From Phallusia mammillata (lineage: Eukaryota), in the NCBI GenBank assembly GCA_965637545.1, contig OZ281495.1:8494001-8558000 (forward strand): 64,000 nt of DNA, in the 5' to 3' direction. The notes below the pieces were generated by a model. That model saw nothing but the letters and a program-made list of their open reading frames with translations, ran no database searches and was not told the DNA's origin. A program made the position numbers and the translations under genes. Below, piece by piece: positions 51,620 to 64,000 of this stretch. The number at the start of each line of letters is the position of its first letter. The stretch's first letter is position 1.

Positions 51620-52632
51620 ACCATCTTCAATCTCTAACCTACAAAATAACCCAAAATTTAAGGCAATTCCAATTACAGCTCCAGGTAATTCTAAAGCTTC
51701 AACTAGTGCCAAAAAACACACCAGTTCTGATAAACTGTCTGAGCAACCACCAGAAACTGTTAGTGATGATGAGTTGTCCAGCATGAAGGAAAAGTTGCTG
51801 AAATGCAGGAGGCAGCTAAAAAACTCAAAAACTTACAACAGGAGCAGCTGGCTGCAATCAAGCAGACGTCTGCTGTGGTAAAAGCTGTGGCTATTGCTCC
51901 TGCAAAGCCTGACCTCAGTAAATCAATTCATGTTGCAAATGTACATTTTTCTGCCACTGAAAAACAACTTTCTGGACATTTTGGTATTTGTGGCAAGGTC
52001 AAAAGGGTTACTATTCTTAAAGATTCTTTCACTGGACACCCCAAAGGGTAAGCACAAATATTTCATTCGATAAATGTATTTTGATTCTTACCAGTAGTTT
52101 AAAAATTTCGGCAGTTTGTGCAGATCTTTTAGAATATATTGGCAAAACTAGCCACCCTAACAAGCAACTGCAATCTGTTACGCTGCATACATTAACCTTT
52201 TTATTTATTTGTTCTGACATATTCCATTGGATACTTTTTTATTGGTTTAGGATTTTAATGCTGCATCCAATGATTCAAATAGATTAACCAGTGCGATGCA
52301 AATTTATTCTTTCATGGCATCTTAATACGTTTTTATTCTGTATTAGTTTTGCGTATCTTGAATTTGAAGAAGAAAGTTCAGTTGAAAGTGCTCTTGCTTT
52401 GGACAACACAACATTTTGCAACCGCGCAATCAGAGTCACCCGAAAAACATCTATCACTCCTACACAACCTACTTTCCCGAAACCTGCACCATTTTCATTT
52501 AGAACTTGCCCTCCATTGAGAGCAAAGCATCAGTATAGTGCACGAATGGCTATAACTGCTGTGTGGCCAAGGTTCCACGCAATACAAGGCCGAAACAAAA
52601 CTTGGGTGAAACCTGGGTATGTCCCATCCTAA
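51620..52632 (+). CDS. Nuclear poly(A)-binding protein-like (PABPN1/PABPN1L type; coiled coil + RRM), with an apparent 1-bp frameshift near 51790
   Basis: Exons to 52047 and 52347-52632. MQEAAKKLKNLQ..KSIHVANVHFSATEKQLSGHFGICGKVKRVTILKDSFTGHPKG/FAYLEF..SALALD..F.NRAIRV matches the PABPN1 RRM. No RGG tail. The true start codon is unresolved. Confidence 0.82.
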
Positions 52633-53072
52633 GTCAGCTCTACTTCGTATTTGATACCGTTGATTGTATGGTGACATGGCCATTCTCAATCATATCGTCT
52701 ATTGGTTGGTGTAACCATTTGGTAACCAAGAAAAGTTGCATTTGTTAATTTTGGAATTTTCGTTTTTTTTGTTACCTGTTTACATTTTAAATAGTGCATT
52801 TGAAGTAAAACAAACACAAATGCATCAGGTTGCCATTGACCACACTTGTATTGTTCCAGCTCGAGATGTTCTAGGTAGAAAAACTAAATGGTTTGCTACA
52901 GAATTTCTGGTAATCCAACTGTTTATCGTGAAACACAACTAATGCCTTTAACTTTAATATTCTCGCGATGTGACAGGTGTGCAAATGCATTTGTTTGAAT
53001 GGTAAAACGTGTAACACACAGGGCATATAGTTTGGTGTTACCACTAAGCTACAAACCATGTCTTGATTTTTG

Positions 53073-53199
53073 TTTGCATTCTTGTTTTTTATTGATAATA
53101 TATACTTCACCAACCATGTCTTGATTTTTGACGCATTTCTGCTTAAAGCCATTTTGAATGGGTGAAGTATATATTATCAATAAAAAACAAGAATGCAAA
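53073..53199. repeat. Perfect 39-bp inverted repeat with a 49-nt spacer
   Basis: 53073-53111 is the exact reverse complement of 53161-53199. The spacer starts with a 19-nt direct copy of 53054-53072. Confidence 0.95.
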
Positions 53200-53704
53200 T
53201 TTATGCACATTAAGAATGTCATACTGTATACATAAAAGGTGATTTGTATTCTTAGGCTTTAATATTTTACTTTTTGTTACAATTTGAAAGCTGCTGATAA
53301 CTCATGTTTCTTTTGCATTATCCCTGGTCTACACACTTCCTTTATAGTCCATTATTTTGGTGCATAATGTTTTAATGTATTTCACAATTTTCCCTGTCAG
53401 TTTTCTTTCACAATGAGGATGCTTTACAAATTTGCGACCATGAATATCCTTTATGTACTAAACATGCAAAATGTGACTGTAAGCTTGTTCGAAGTCCACA
53501 ATTTTGCAATGGATTCATGTTCAGTTGTGTGTTTTTGAAACAACTCATTAAAATGTTTAGTTTTTTGCAGGTTGACATTAGACTTTGAACTCAATCTGAC
53601 ACATAGTAACATACTGTTTTAAATATATACGTAACATAAAACCACAAACTGTTTAGTCCCTAAAAACATTGTGTGTCGATTGTTAGCTGACAGATTTCAA
53701 GTTG

Positions 53705-55880
53705 ATGTGGCTCACAAACAAGGAACTTTTGAAACTTTACACTTTCCTGTTCCTGGCTATCAGGACAAATTTGCTTTCCTGGACATCATCGGTAACAGGT
53801 AAAGAATTTAATTTAATTTTTGTGTGTTTTGGTAACCAACCTGTACCCTGTACTGGTTAATGGCTGTGTTTTTTTTATGTAGATGTAATATTGTTATCGA
53901 TATTGGTTGATGGTGTTCAATATAACCAGTGGTGGGATTCAGCGGTTCTGTAGAACCGTCTTACAAAATTGTATAGGATCAGCGCACCGGTTAAAATTAA
54001 TGGTTACTGTCAATGGACTTTTTGTAACAGCACCGGCTGAAAAATATGACTTTTGTGATAGAACCGACTCACAAAAAATTTGGATCCCACCACTGAATAT
54101 AACATCTAAAATTAATTCTCTTGACTTCACAGTTTTTCTTTTTTCAAAAAGCAGATTAATATGAATCATAAACAGTTGACAGAATCTTTGCTGAAACATT
54201 ATGCTCCTGTTAAATTTCAGGATATGGATTAAATGAGCAGCTCTATCTTGACGTTGTGTACCCAGAGGATGTAGCGTACACATACAAAATACGACAAGCT
54301 CGAGATTTCAGCGACACGTTTTCCAGTCAATTACGCAACATTAGATTGATTGCAACGAACCCCCCACATGCTTGTGGTCGCTTAATTGAAAACGGACAAC
54401 TTTTAAGAGGTCATGTAGCACTAATAGAACGTGGGTAAGTACATATTTCTATGATGAGCTGATTGTTGTTTGTTTGAATTTTTTGGCTGTAGTTAGTTTG
54501 TATGGTTTTGTGGCCCAAAATGTCAAAATTTATTTGGGTAAAAAAATATTATATATTATAAAATACATATTAGAAATAATGTATTGCAGTGTCAAGTAAA
54601 CATTGTTATTGGTTCTTTTTGTTCCTTAAACTTAAGTTGTCTTGTCATATAATTGCCAGTATTTAGTGGATTTGTGGTGCAGTCAGGACTGTTTGTGCTT
54701 TTAGAAAAACAATTTTACTATAATGTAGTATGTTATCATTCAAGCTTGTAAAACAGGATGTTGAAACACTGGTTATTTTGCAATAAGACTGCTGATTCAG
54801 TATAGCGCTTTCAATGGGCCTGGCGTACTGTGATTTATATATGTGTGTGCCGTGATCGCTGGTCTGCATAGACGCTTCAGGGCTGATCCCAGTTATGAAT
54901 TTATGTTCATCTTAACTGAAGACTGCTGTAGGAGCAAAATTTGTCAATACAGTAAACCTTGGTTAATCTGCACCAGTTTTGACCAAAAACATTTGTCCGG
55001 ATTAGGCGGAGATCCGGATTAACCGATGTCGAATTGTTTAAGTCTTACCACAATAAAACTCATTTATATCAAGTTTTGTCCAATATAGCGAAGATCCAAA
55101 ATGCCTGAATCCGGTATAAGTGAGGTTTACTGCATAATACACCTGAGGTAGCATCTCAAACATTTCTGTTGGCTTAATTTACAGGGAGTGTTCATTTATG
55201 ACCAAAGCTGTCAATGCTGAATTGTATGGAGCAGTATCTGTTATTTTTATGGACAACAAACACGATGATATTGACCAGTGGATTGACTTGGTACGAGATG
55301 AAACTAACAGGAGGGTTGGGATACCGTCATACTTTATGCTGCGAAAAGATGGGTAAGAAATTGTATTTACTACGAAAGCACAATGCCTGTAAGATAGACA
55401 AAAACCGTAGTGTGTAAGGTTTTATGCATTTTTTACAAAAATACATATGCATTTTTTTTCATTTTCAGATAAGGTTAAATTTGTTTGTTTTTATTGTGTG
55501 CTTGTTAGTAAATATTGTTGAATAGCATACAATTGAGTGTGTTACAATTTCTTGACTTGCAACAAACTTGTGCTCACAAGGTTTTTCTCATCATATCTAT
55601 GTCCTTATCATCAAGAAAGAAATTGATTCTGGTTGATTTATTAACTTGCAAGGCCACCTCATAGTGCACTGATTGTGGCCCTTGTGGGCATCAAACATTT
55701 AGGCGATTTTATGCCAACTCGGGTTACAAATGAAACGAACATATCAAATTTCATTTGTTTTGTAGGAAAATGACTACAGAGTCCTTAAAAAGTCACAATC
55801 TTCCAGCAGCAATTATCAATTTGCCAGTAAACTATACTAACAGAATGGTGGTTCACCATCCCCCATGGAACTATTGGTGA
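53705..55880 (+). CDS. PRADC1: Protease-associated domain-containing protein 1
   Basis: Exons 53705-53798 (signal-like), 54221-54434, 55185-55352, 55766-55880. LYLDVVYPEDVAYTY..ARDFSDTF, PPHACG, VALIERGECSFMTKA, GIPSYFML..DG, IINLPVN..HPPWNYW* follow the PRADC1/PAP21 pattern, including the PPW..W terminus. Confidence 0.92.
53927..54095. mobile_element. hAT MITE in PRADC1 intron 1
   Basis: Ends CAGTGGTGGGATTC / GGATCCCACCACTG. TSD AATATAAC. Confidence 0.92.
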
Positions 55881-56583
55881 TATTTTCCAAACACTGTGAT
55901 GGACGAGCTTCTGATATCTTTTTTTAGTTTGTGGTGCTTAATAGATATATTTTATATATTTGCATACTGTACTGTTAATCAAGAATACTTTGCATATAGT
56001 AGCAAACTTTTTAGATAATGTATGGCTTACAACAATTGGGTATTTAGTATATATATTGTAATTGATTTTTATTGTATGATTGAAGCTTTTAGCAACTGTT
56101 GTTTGACTAGTTGCACATATTCCTCTGTGTACATAATTCCACTAGAAATAGTAAAACGGTTTAAATAGGCTACAGTACAACTTGGATTTTTCACAGTATG
56201 AAATATGTGAAAAAGCTTGTTATGTGATACTGAAGCTGATTGACAAAATGACAAGCTGGCTTTGCAATTGATGGTTTATTTTACTCCCTTGAAGCCAATG
56301 TGTTGCCTAAGAGGCTAAGCACTTACTGAACATTTTTTGTGCAATAATGTACAAGTGGCCAAACTGTTTTTGCCTATTTTGCTCCAGTCGCTATTTCTTT
56401 TAATGTGCCTTTTGGATGCCTGTCTATTACATTTGGCCATTCCCTTGGAAGGAAGTGTAGGACTTGTAGCCTAAGTATATTCAGCAGAATTTCTGACTGT
56501 AGTAAGTAAAGTCATAAGCTACATTGAGTATTTAAAGAGACACTAAAAGGGACTTGGTTTACAGTGATTGGACTGGAGGTAAG

Positions 56584-58551
56584 TCAGAGACTGGAAAATT
56601 CTTTTCTGGAATGGGATTCGAACAAAATAACTGTATTTCCAGGCCTGAAAAAAATGTAGTCAATATGATTGCATTTTGTACTAAAGAGTTGTTCTCTAAT
56701 GATCTTAATTTGGTAAACTTTCTTGGCCCATTTTCCTCCGAGGCCGTGTAGCTCGGAACCTATGCTCGGTCTGTACGTTTTGTAGCTTTCATCATTTCCA
56801 CCCCAGCAAGCGCCCCTATTCTGCAAACCTATCAGCTAAAGAACTTGCTTGTAGGCTACAAATTTTGTATATGCTTCTAATCTTAAACATTTCTACAGTA
56901 GGCAAGTAACAAGGCAATAGCGACGAAACCAGACAAATATGTAATATACCCGTAGCAACACTTGATAAGCCGGTAAACTTGATTAACTCGTGGTCCTCTC
57001 TTTCACCAGGCCTTCGGATGCTCCATACATTTTTTTTGGGTATCTTGAACCAGCGTTGTCCGCTGTCGAGCATTTTCCACTTTTCTGCAAAACAAATAAA
57101 AGTGCGAGCTTCTGAAAGAGCAGTGACTGATTGCACAGCAGAACAATTGAGTGTTTGTTATCTGTCATGTTTTTTTCTTTAGTTGTGACCAAAGTAATGA
57201 AAGTATACATAAAACAAAACTAGTCCAACCCATTGTTAAGCGATAGAGCCGTATGGACGCCATTTTGTGTCCAAATTAACAGCTAGGAAAAAATATTAAT
57301 TGTCTGATTTTGCATACTGGTTGGCTTTAACGCGAATTTGATAGGCCAAGTCGAATAAAAACTTTTGGGTTCGAACAATTGATAACAGCGTGATAATGCA
57401 CGAATTTGAAGTTTACATGAACAACTTTAGCTTGTAATAGTAAGTTGAAATGTTAGAACCCGAAATTTGCATTCAATTTGGCGAATTAAATTCGCGTTGA
57501 AGCTCTCCACTTTGTAATCTCCGTTTAAGCTCTCCAGTTTAAAATCAGACAACTTATGTGTTTTCTTCAATCACAATGTGTGTTCTGTACCCTTTCTTCC
57601 GGCGCTCGAAACTATCCGGCAGGGTTTCTTTTGGTGGTTCTTTTCCTGTCGAACCCCACCCTCTTTCCCTAACACGGGTGGTTAGATTAGGTCCCAACCT
57701 GACTGGTTCCACCAACGTTTCACCCCCAGTCTTGACGTCCTAATGCGCCAACCTCACCCTCTGATGTGAGTCCCCGTCACATAACGCTTATAATAACGGT
57801 GTAGCTGCAGCGCGTTTCTCATATCCCCACCAACTGTGCCCTCTATTTTGTCGCGCTTTTTAACGTCTCAACATTGCGCAGCTATCTCCGGCAAGGTGAA
57901 TATTTTAGTGCAATTGTGTTACTACGATTTTTTCACCGAGCGAAATAAACTCGACTCAACTTCCTGTACCCGCTGTATCATTTTGGACACAAAATAAGTT
58001 TCATGGGATTTATTGCGTAACAATGGGTTAGGCAACTTGTGTTTCATACAGACTTTGGTTGTGACCAGTGATGACTTTTGCCCGCCATTTTCAAGTTTGG
58101 CAGACATTCGGCTATTTGTCCTAATTTTCGGTTTTGGCCCGAACATTTTGGATCCGTTACACTACTACTTTTACTGCTTTTTTCAATGCTGGAAGCCTAT
58201 TTGACTGATAAGATATGCACCGAGTGTACCGAATGCCCTGTATGCCCTGTCGTTTTAAAACACTGTATCTTGTTGTTAATTACTATACCGATTAGCGACG
58301 ATGAAAATCTATCAATTAAACAAGTATGAATATACACAAGATAAGTTTGGAATCTAAATTCGAAGCCCAATAGGTATGTACGTGTATGTCGAATATTGTG
58401 CTTGAAGTATTAACTGCTACTCTTGCGCATTTATTAATCGCCAGTTCCCGTTTTTTGTAACTTTCTCCGTTAAACACTGGACTGCCCTCTGCGTTTGCTG
58501 TCGCAATAATTCTAAGTTTGCCCGCCCAGCATCCAAGATTATCGTATGCAG
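56584..58551 (-). pseudogene. WSC A' pseudogene
   Basis: Exon 2 (58382-58551) is intact, but exon 1 is deleted, exon 3 is frameshifted, most of intron 3 and the first half of exon 4 are deleted, and there is a CAG>TAG at 56836-56838. Confidence 0.88.
57560..57960 (+). mobile_element. Longest copy of the AATAAA-(ACTCA)n retroposon family
   Basis: Shares blocks GTAGCTGCAGCGCG and GCGCAGCTATYTCCGG with the other copies and ends CGAAATAAACTCGACTCAAC. Absent from the paralogous intron of WSC gene A. Confidence 0.75.
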
Positions 58552-59694
58552 CTGTCGTAAAAGACAAAAAGTTTTTGTTTGAATTGATCAACGTTGCACA
58601 CAACTCTTGCTCATTTGCCGTTTTTCTTGCTAAAAAATAAAAACCTACAAATGTCGACACAACGTTCCAAACAGGTTGAGTCATATATTTTTCACTGTGG
58701 CACCTAAAACCGGGTTCGCACATTAGTCAGGATTTTGTAAAACGATTCTATCAATTGTATCGCAGTTGAAAAGTTCATGCTTTTGAATAGACTTGTGACA
58801 GTCCCCGAATTTGTTAGGTTTCAGGTTACAAAATAAGTGAACTATTAACCTCCTGCAACGATTAGTAAACAAGGTCATGGCTGTACTTCTGTTGTTTTGG
58901 TGTATATCTTTGGCGAAAAAAACTCAAACTCAACTCGTATCATAGTCATAGTACTATAGTAGGCTTCGTGGACAAGAATTGTTTTTCTATATATTATTTC
59001 TCTTCAGATGTTAGTTACTATAAGCTACTTTTTCTGCATAAAACCACACCCTCTTTTCCCTGGCCCCAGTGGTTCGTTTCTAGGGTCTATTCGACTGGTT
59101 CCACCAATGTTTCCTCTTCTAGTCGTGTTTTACTCACATTGCACCAAACTCATTCTCTGGTGAGCGCCCATCACATTAAGGTTTATAATACGGTGTAGCT
59201 GCAGCGCGTTTAGCAATTATCCACCAATTGTGTACTCCACTGTTTTGCGCCCCATAACGTTTCAACGTTGCGCAGCTATTTCCGGCTTTGTGATCGTTTA
59301 GTGTCTTTATGTCACTATGTTGTCTTTTGACAAGCGAAATAAAGTCAACTCATGTAGAATATGAATAGATGTCACAAAATTGTTTAGTTACTTAATGTCG
59401 CTTTATTTGTGGATATCAAGTGCGAACGACCTATCATGCACAACCTATCACTTGTAAGCAAAAACGAACAAATGTTTTGTTTTTTTAAGAAACTTTAGTT
59501 TGCAGCTCGTTGCACAATGAGCAAAACCAGCGATCACAGTACACTCAATAATCATTGGTACGTCATTCTTATTCAAGACGATTTATAGAATAGGCCAGCC
59601 TCCAACAACAACAATGACAGTTTTGATGTGATCAAGTGTTTCAAAGTTTTATGTTTTGTCTACAAGTTGTTCCAATTTACCAGTTGATCTTATT

Positions 59695-61286
59695 TTACTT
59701 CAGAGCTAATTCTTCTTCGACGATCTTGATTTGGTACACTTGGTTGCCCCATGGTCCCCCGAGTCCGTCTCCTTCACACGCTAGACTCGGTCCATATATT
59801 TTGTAGCTTTCATCATTTCCACCAAAACAGGCTCCTCCATGCTGTAAACCTATCACCCGAAAACCTTGCTTGTAGGCGACTTGTGTACACTTGGCCTTGG
59901 ACATGTTGCGACGTTTGTAATTATCATAAAGTAACACATCGTTTAACTTTATCATGGCACGATCTGATTGATCTTCCCAGCATCCCAAATCGGTCAAATG
60001 CACTGTACCAGAAAGAGTTTGATTTTGCGATTGGTAACCAATTTTGAATAGTATGTTTACTGTATGCGAAAAAAAAAAACATTGTTTACTTAAGCACTTT
60101 ACCCCTAATACTTATTCTACATACTGCGTATTTACTAAAATCAATACAAGTCGTCACGTCAACGTTCTTTTCAATTTTTGTCTGTTTTTGGTTTTGGGCA
60201 TACATTGCTCTCTGAATGCACTGAGGAACGCTATGAACAACTTTAGATGATACAACTGTGGCCACATACCAGTTTATGTATTGATTAACATATGTCTGGG
60301 CATACACACGTCCTTTCTGACTTCCTGAAAATCGTGTTAATTAATGTTAGATTTCGATCAACGACCGCCCATGTAATATGTTTTGCGTAGCTCAACATTT
60401 CTAACAGGCTAATAAATTAAAAAAAAACGGTGCGTATAGCTTATGGGGATTATGCTTGTAATTCACTTGTCACTAACGTTAGCTAATATACCCGTAGCAC
60501 CACTGATAAGCCGGTAAACTTGATTAGCTTGTGGTCCACCCTTTCCATCAGGCCTGCAGTCTTCGGATGCTCCATACATTTGGTATCTTGAATCAGCATT
60601 GCAAGAAGTTGAGCATTTTCCACTTTTCTGCAAAATAAGCAATGGTGTCATGTACTGCTGCACAACAAAATACGACGCTTGAGTTATTGTGAATATGTAG
60701 AGATAAACGACAACGTATATCTACTATCTTGAAACCACGACTGGACTAACTTCACTGTGTAGTACCTTTATGCCAAATATGGTGCTTGAAGTATTAGCTG
60801 CTACTCTTGCGCATTTGCTAATAGCCAGTTCCGTTCTTTGTAGTTTTCTTCTATGAGCAGTGGATTGTCCTCTGCGTTCGCTATCGCATTAATGCTACGT
60901 TCATCCGCCCAGCATCCAATATCTTCGTATGCAGCTGAATAGGGAGGTATATGACTTTACCTTCTTTCAAAATCAGATTATTTTAGACAATAAATTGAAC
61001 TGATTTTTTCACTGGAATTTTCTCACGTTAAGGATTTGATATCACAAACCCTTTTCAACAAAAGAAAAAATCTTACATTACAGCAGAAATTCCCACGCCG
61101 TACGTACCACGCTAACGTTGTCCAATAACATCTTAATGAAAATTAAAAAAACAACGACAAGACATTGTAGTATTTATCTATCGACATATACCTACCGACA
61201 TAATAGTCTTTCAAACTTGCATTGGTGATTTGAAATGAGACCGCCATAGAAATAATACACCAAATTAACATTGTTCCAAATTCCAT
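59695..61286 (-). pseudogene. WSC B': 1-bp deletion in exon 2 (pseudogene or assembly error)
   Basis: Exons 61196-61286, 60766-60934 (169 nt versus 170 nt in A and B; CC instead of CCC at 60831-60832 gives an early TAG), 60492-60627, 59695-60002. Otherwise intact. Confidence 0.75.
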
Positions 61287-62626
61287 CAATGGAACTCAAT
61301 TTTTTCAAACTATTCAACTTTACACAACAGCTCACTGCGAATAAACCTCAATTGAGTCCACAAATTTATTACAAAACAGCGCAATACAATAACTCTGAGT
61401 CATACCGAGTCACCTGAAAGCGAGTTTAAGCATGAGTCATGATTGTTGTTTAACATTTATTTCCATTTATCGCAGTTTAGATGTTAGTTTCAAACAAACA
61501 TCACCAAATGGCGTAAAAAACAACTATAAATACAATTTAAAATGTCACCGTTTGCAACCGATGCTCTAGGTCAGGGATACACATCCTTTTCACCAATTCT
61601 TATCACAAAACATTGTTCTTTATTTCGCCATTGCGCGCTAGTAAGTCCTTTAAGTCCAGTTTGAAAATTCAATTTACCAACATTAGGTTTTTATCGATGC
61701 AATGTTGTTCGAGCAGAAATATCGTTAGAGTCTAATTGTGTTTTTTTGGCGGTCGTCCGGTAACATATGTTTACTTATATTGGGTTTAAGCAGTTCAAGA
61801 AGTTAAATGTTGCGAATCGAAGTTTTGGCTGATAAAGTTTTTGTCCGATTTACACCAATTGCTCCCTAATTGTGGCATTTCCGGTTTTGCAAGGACGCAA
61901 ACTGTGTATGAATCTCTTGTCATGATTCAAAACTTGATTGGCGCTTTACTGCACTTTTTGCGTTGAAGCATGGCCACAGTAATTTGCAGTTCCCTTAATT
62001 GGACCAAATCCATTTTACAGAAGTTTGCATCTAAACTCGAATGTAAGTTCGGCATTATTTGACACCCTGAGACTTTTTCCTTACGTGATGGGATTGGCAG
62101 CTTAATTTATCTGCCTTTTTATACCAACTCCTTACCAGCTTCCAAACGTTAATTTAAACGACATAAAAAATATTTAATAATATACAACTTTCAAAATAAA
62201 TACTTTATCATATATGTTTTGCTTTGCTCTTGAAAACAGATGTCCGTAATTAAAATTTTAGCATAATATTTTTATTAATCATTTGTAGTACTGTATATCC
62301 CCGCGATTGTTTAAATTAAACCCTGCGATTGTTTAACCCTAAGGTAAAAACTATAAATATAACGTCATATCTAACAGTGAGTCACGTGGCAATCGTTTGC
62401 AGACTTTTGTACCTTGCCTGTGTGAAGCATAATTTGCACACTGTATGTGTCAGTTTCATCGTAGCCGGCACATATACCCACTCGGTTAAATTGTTTTAAA
62501 TTTGTATTTTTGAGCGGATTTGAGTTTTTGGACAAGACATTTTTAGGTTAATAAAAATAAGCTCCCTGACAGGTTTAATATTCGCTTTTGTAGTAACATT
62601 ATATTTCGTTGTTAGGCCTGGTAGCT

Positions 62627-63864
62627 TTATTCAATTTTCTTGGGTTCAATTTTTATTTGATAAACCCGGTTGACTAAAACGTTTCCCTGATATGCGCATG
62701 TTGATGCACGACCGTATTGTTGGTAAGTTTCGTTGGCGTTAGCAGAACTGTGGCAGCGTCCACTGTTTTGCAAAGCTAGAACTTGATATCCGTTCTTAAA
62801 GGCGGCGTTGACACACTTAGAAATGGGTGCCTTGCGCAACCAGTAGGCTTCGAAAGCCAAGAGAGTGTCGTGCTCCAAACTGGGGATTGCAAGTGATGTA
62901 GAATTGTCTTTTCAGCATCCAAGGTCGATCAGGCGCACCACAACAAATATGTCTTAAAAAGGATTTTTTGTCTAAATTCCTAAAAAAACATCATATTGTT
63001 TTTCTGTGAATAGGGATGCAAACGCAAGTACATGAAAAAATGTTGAGGGTCAATACTTTAAACCATTGCTTGGGAAAGTTACTTACCTAATATCTTTACA
63101 TATGTTCGTTACTAAAAGGTGTTTTAACTTTGGGTAAACAGTAGTTAACAAAAATCAGTATTGTCATTGATGTCCAATCATCTTGTAACTCATCAAATAT
63201 TTAAACAAACTTACTAAATTCAAACTAATATTTCGTGTGAATTGATTGTTGTCCCCATCAGTATATAATAACTTGTAATAGAGGTAATACGTCACACTAC
63301 CCAACACAATCGTTGAAATAACACCATACAGGGCGTTACCAGGAAGGAAACTCGCACAAAAACTAACGATAGATAATCGGCATTAGAACAAACATTTTTA
63401 AGTTTAACGTTATAGCAGGCGAGTGAATATTCAACTGTTCGTCTATTGAAACCTTAATACAAAACATGCATACCTCTGGTGCTTGTAATAAGTCGGTAAA
63501 CTTGATTTGCTAATAAAACTTCCATTGGCATGGCAACCCGTGGACTCTCCGTACATTTTGTATCTCGATTTAGCATTGCAAGCGACACATTTACCTCCGT
63601 CCTGTACGAATGTTTGTGGTAAAAAACCCATAAAAAATCAGTTAAACATCGTCGCAGTCATCGAAATTGACAAATGACAAAATGCACTTAAATGCACCTG
63701 TATGGCGAATATTGTGCTTGAAATAGCTGCTACTCTCGCGCACTTGCTGAAGACCATTTGGCGTGCTTTGTAGTTGTCGTGGTTATACAGTGGATGATCC
63801 TCTGCATTTGCGATCGCATTCACATTACGCTGATCCGCCCAACATCCAAGATTCTTGTATCGGG
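62627..63864 (-). pseudogene. WSC C' pseudogene (exon 1 would lie beyond the window)
   Basis: Exon 2 at 63698-63864 is open. Exon 3 is frameshifted at the GRGG motif, the exon 4 acceptor is AG>GG (62938-62939), and there is a TGG>TGA at 62912-62914. Confidence 0.88.
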
Positions 63865-64000
63865 CTGCAAAACGCGATGAAAACAGACTTTTTGTGACAA
63901 ATCACGTCAAGGTGAGCCCAGGCAGGGCATTGGATTTTATCTCATTATCGTTGTTATTTGTTACCCCTTAGTGGAACCTGATTAATTTCGTTTACTGACT

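Noticed and set aside
53883-53912. 30-nt in-frame micro-exon in PRADC1 intron 1
   Set aside because: The donor is weak (GTGTTC) and the exon is not needed for the PRADC1 alignment.

Overview
AT-rich, intron-containing invertebrate animal DNA, not prokaryotic. An exact match to the 16-nt ascidian spliced-leader sequence as I recall it, plus compact genes, suggests a tunicate (inference). All gene models were assembled by hand from splice signals and phase consistency. In order, the window holds: (1) the 3' six exons of a chitobiase-type GH20 beta-N-acetylhexosaminidase (+, 598-6342); (2) G1, a 17-exon type II membrane protein with an N-glycosylated coiled-coil stalk and an unrecognised head domain (-, 9624-19274); (3) three secreted proteins with two WSC-like domains each (-, 21415-28887); (4) an SL-like motif and a solo LTR; (5) G2 and G3, paralogues of G1 with the same N-terminus, TM and stalk exons but a MAM head (-, 30858-39586 and 41443-46076), plus G4, an orphan exon1+TM cassette (49118-50635); (6) an RTE LINE remnant, a PABPN1-like gene with an apparent frameshift, and PRADC1 (+); (7) a second, fully lesioned copy of the three-gene WSC block (56.6-64 kb). 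At least eight hAT-type MITEs with 8-bp TSDs, a SINE/LINE-tail family and a tRNA-derived retroposon are interspersed. The best candidate for an undescribed system is the modular receptor cluster (TM + exon-repeat stalk + swappable head, with surplus 5' cassettes), interleaved with a birth-and-death WSC gene array.
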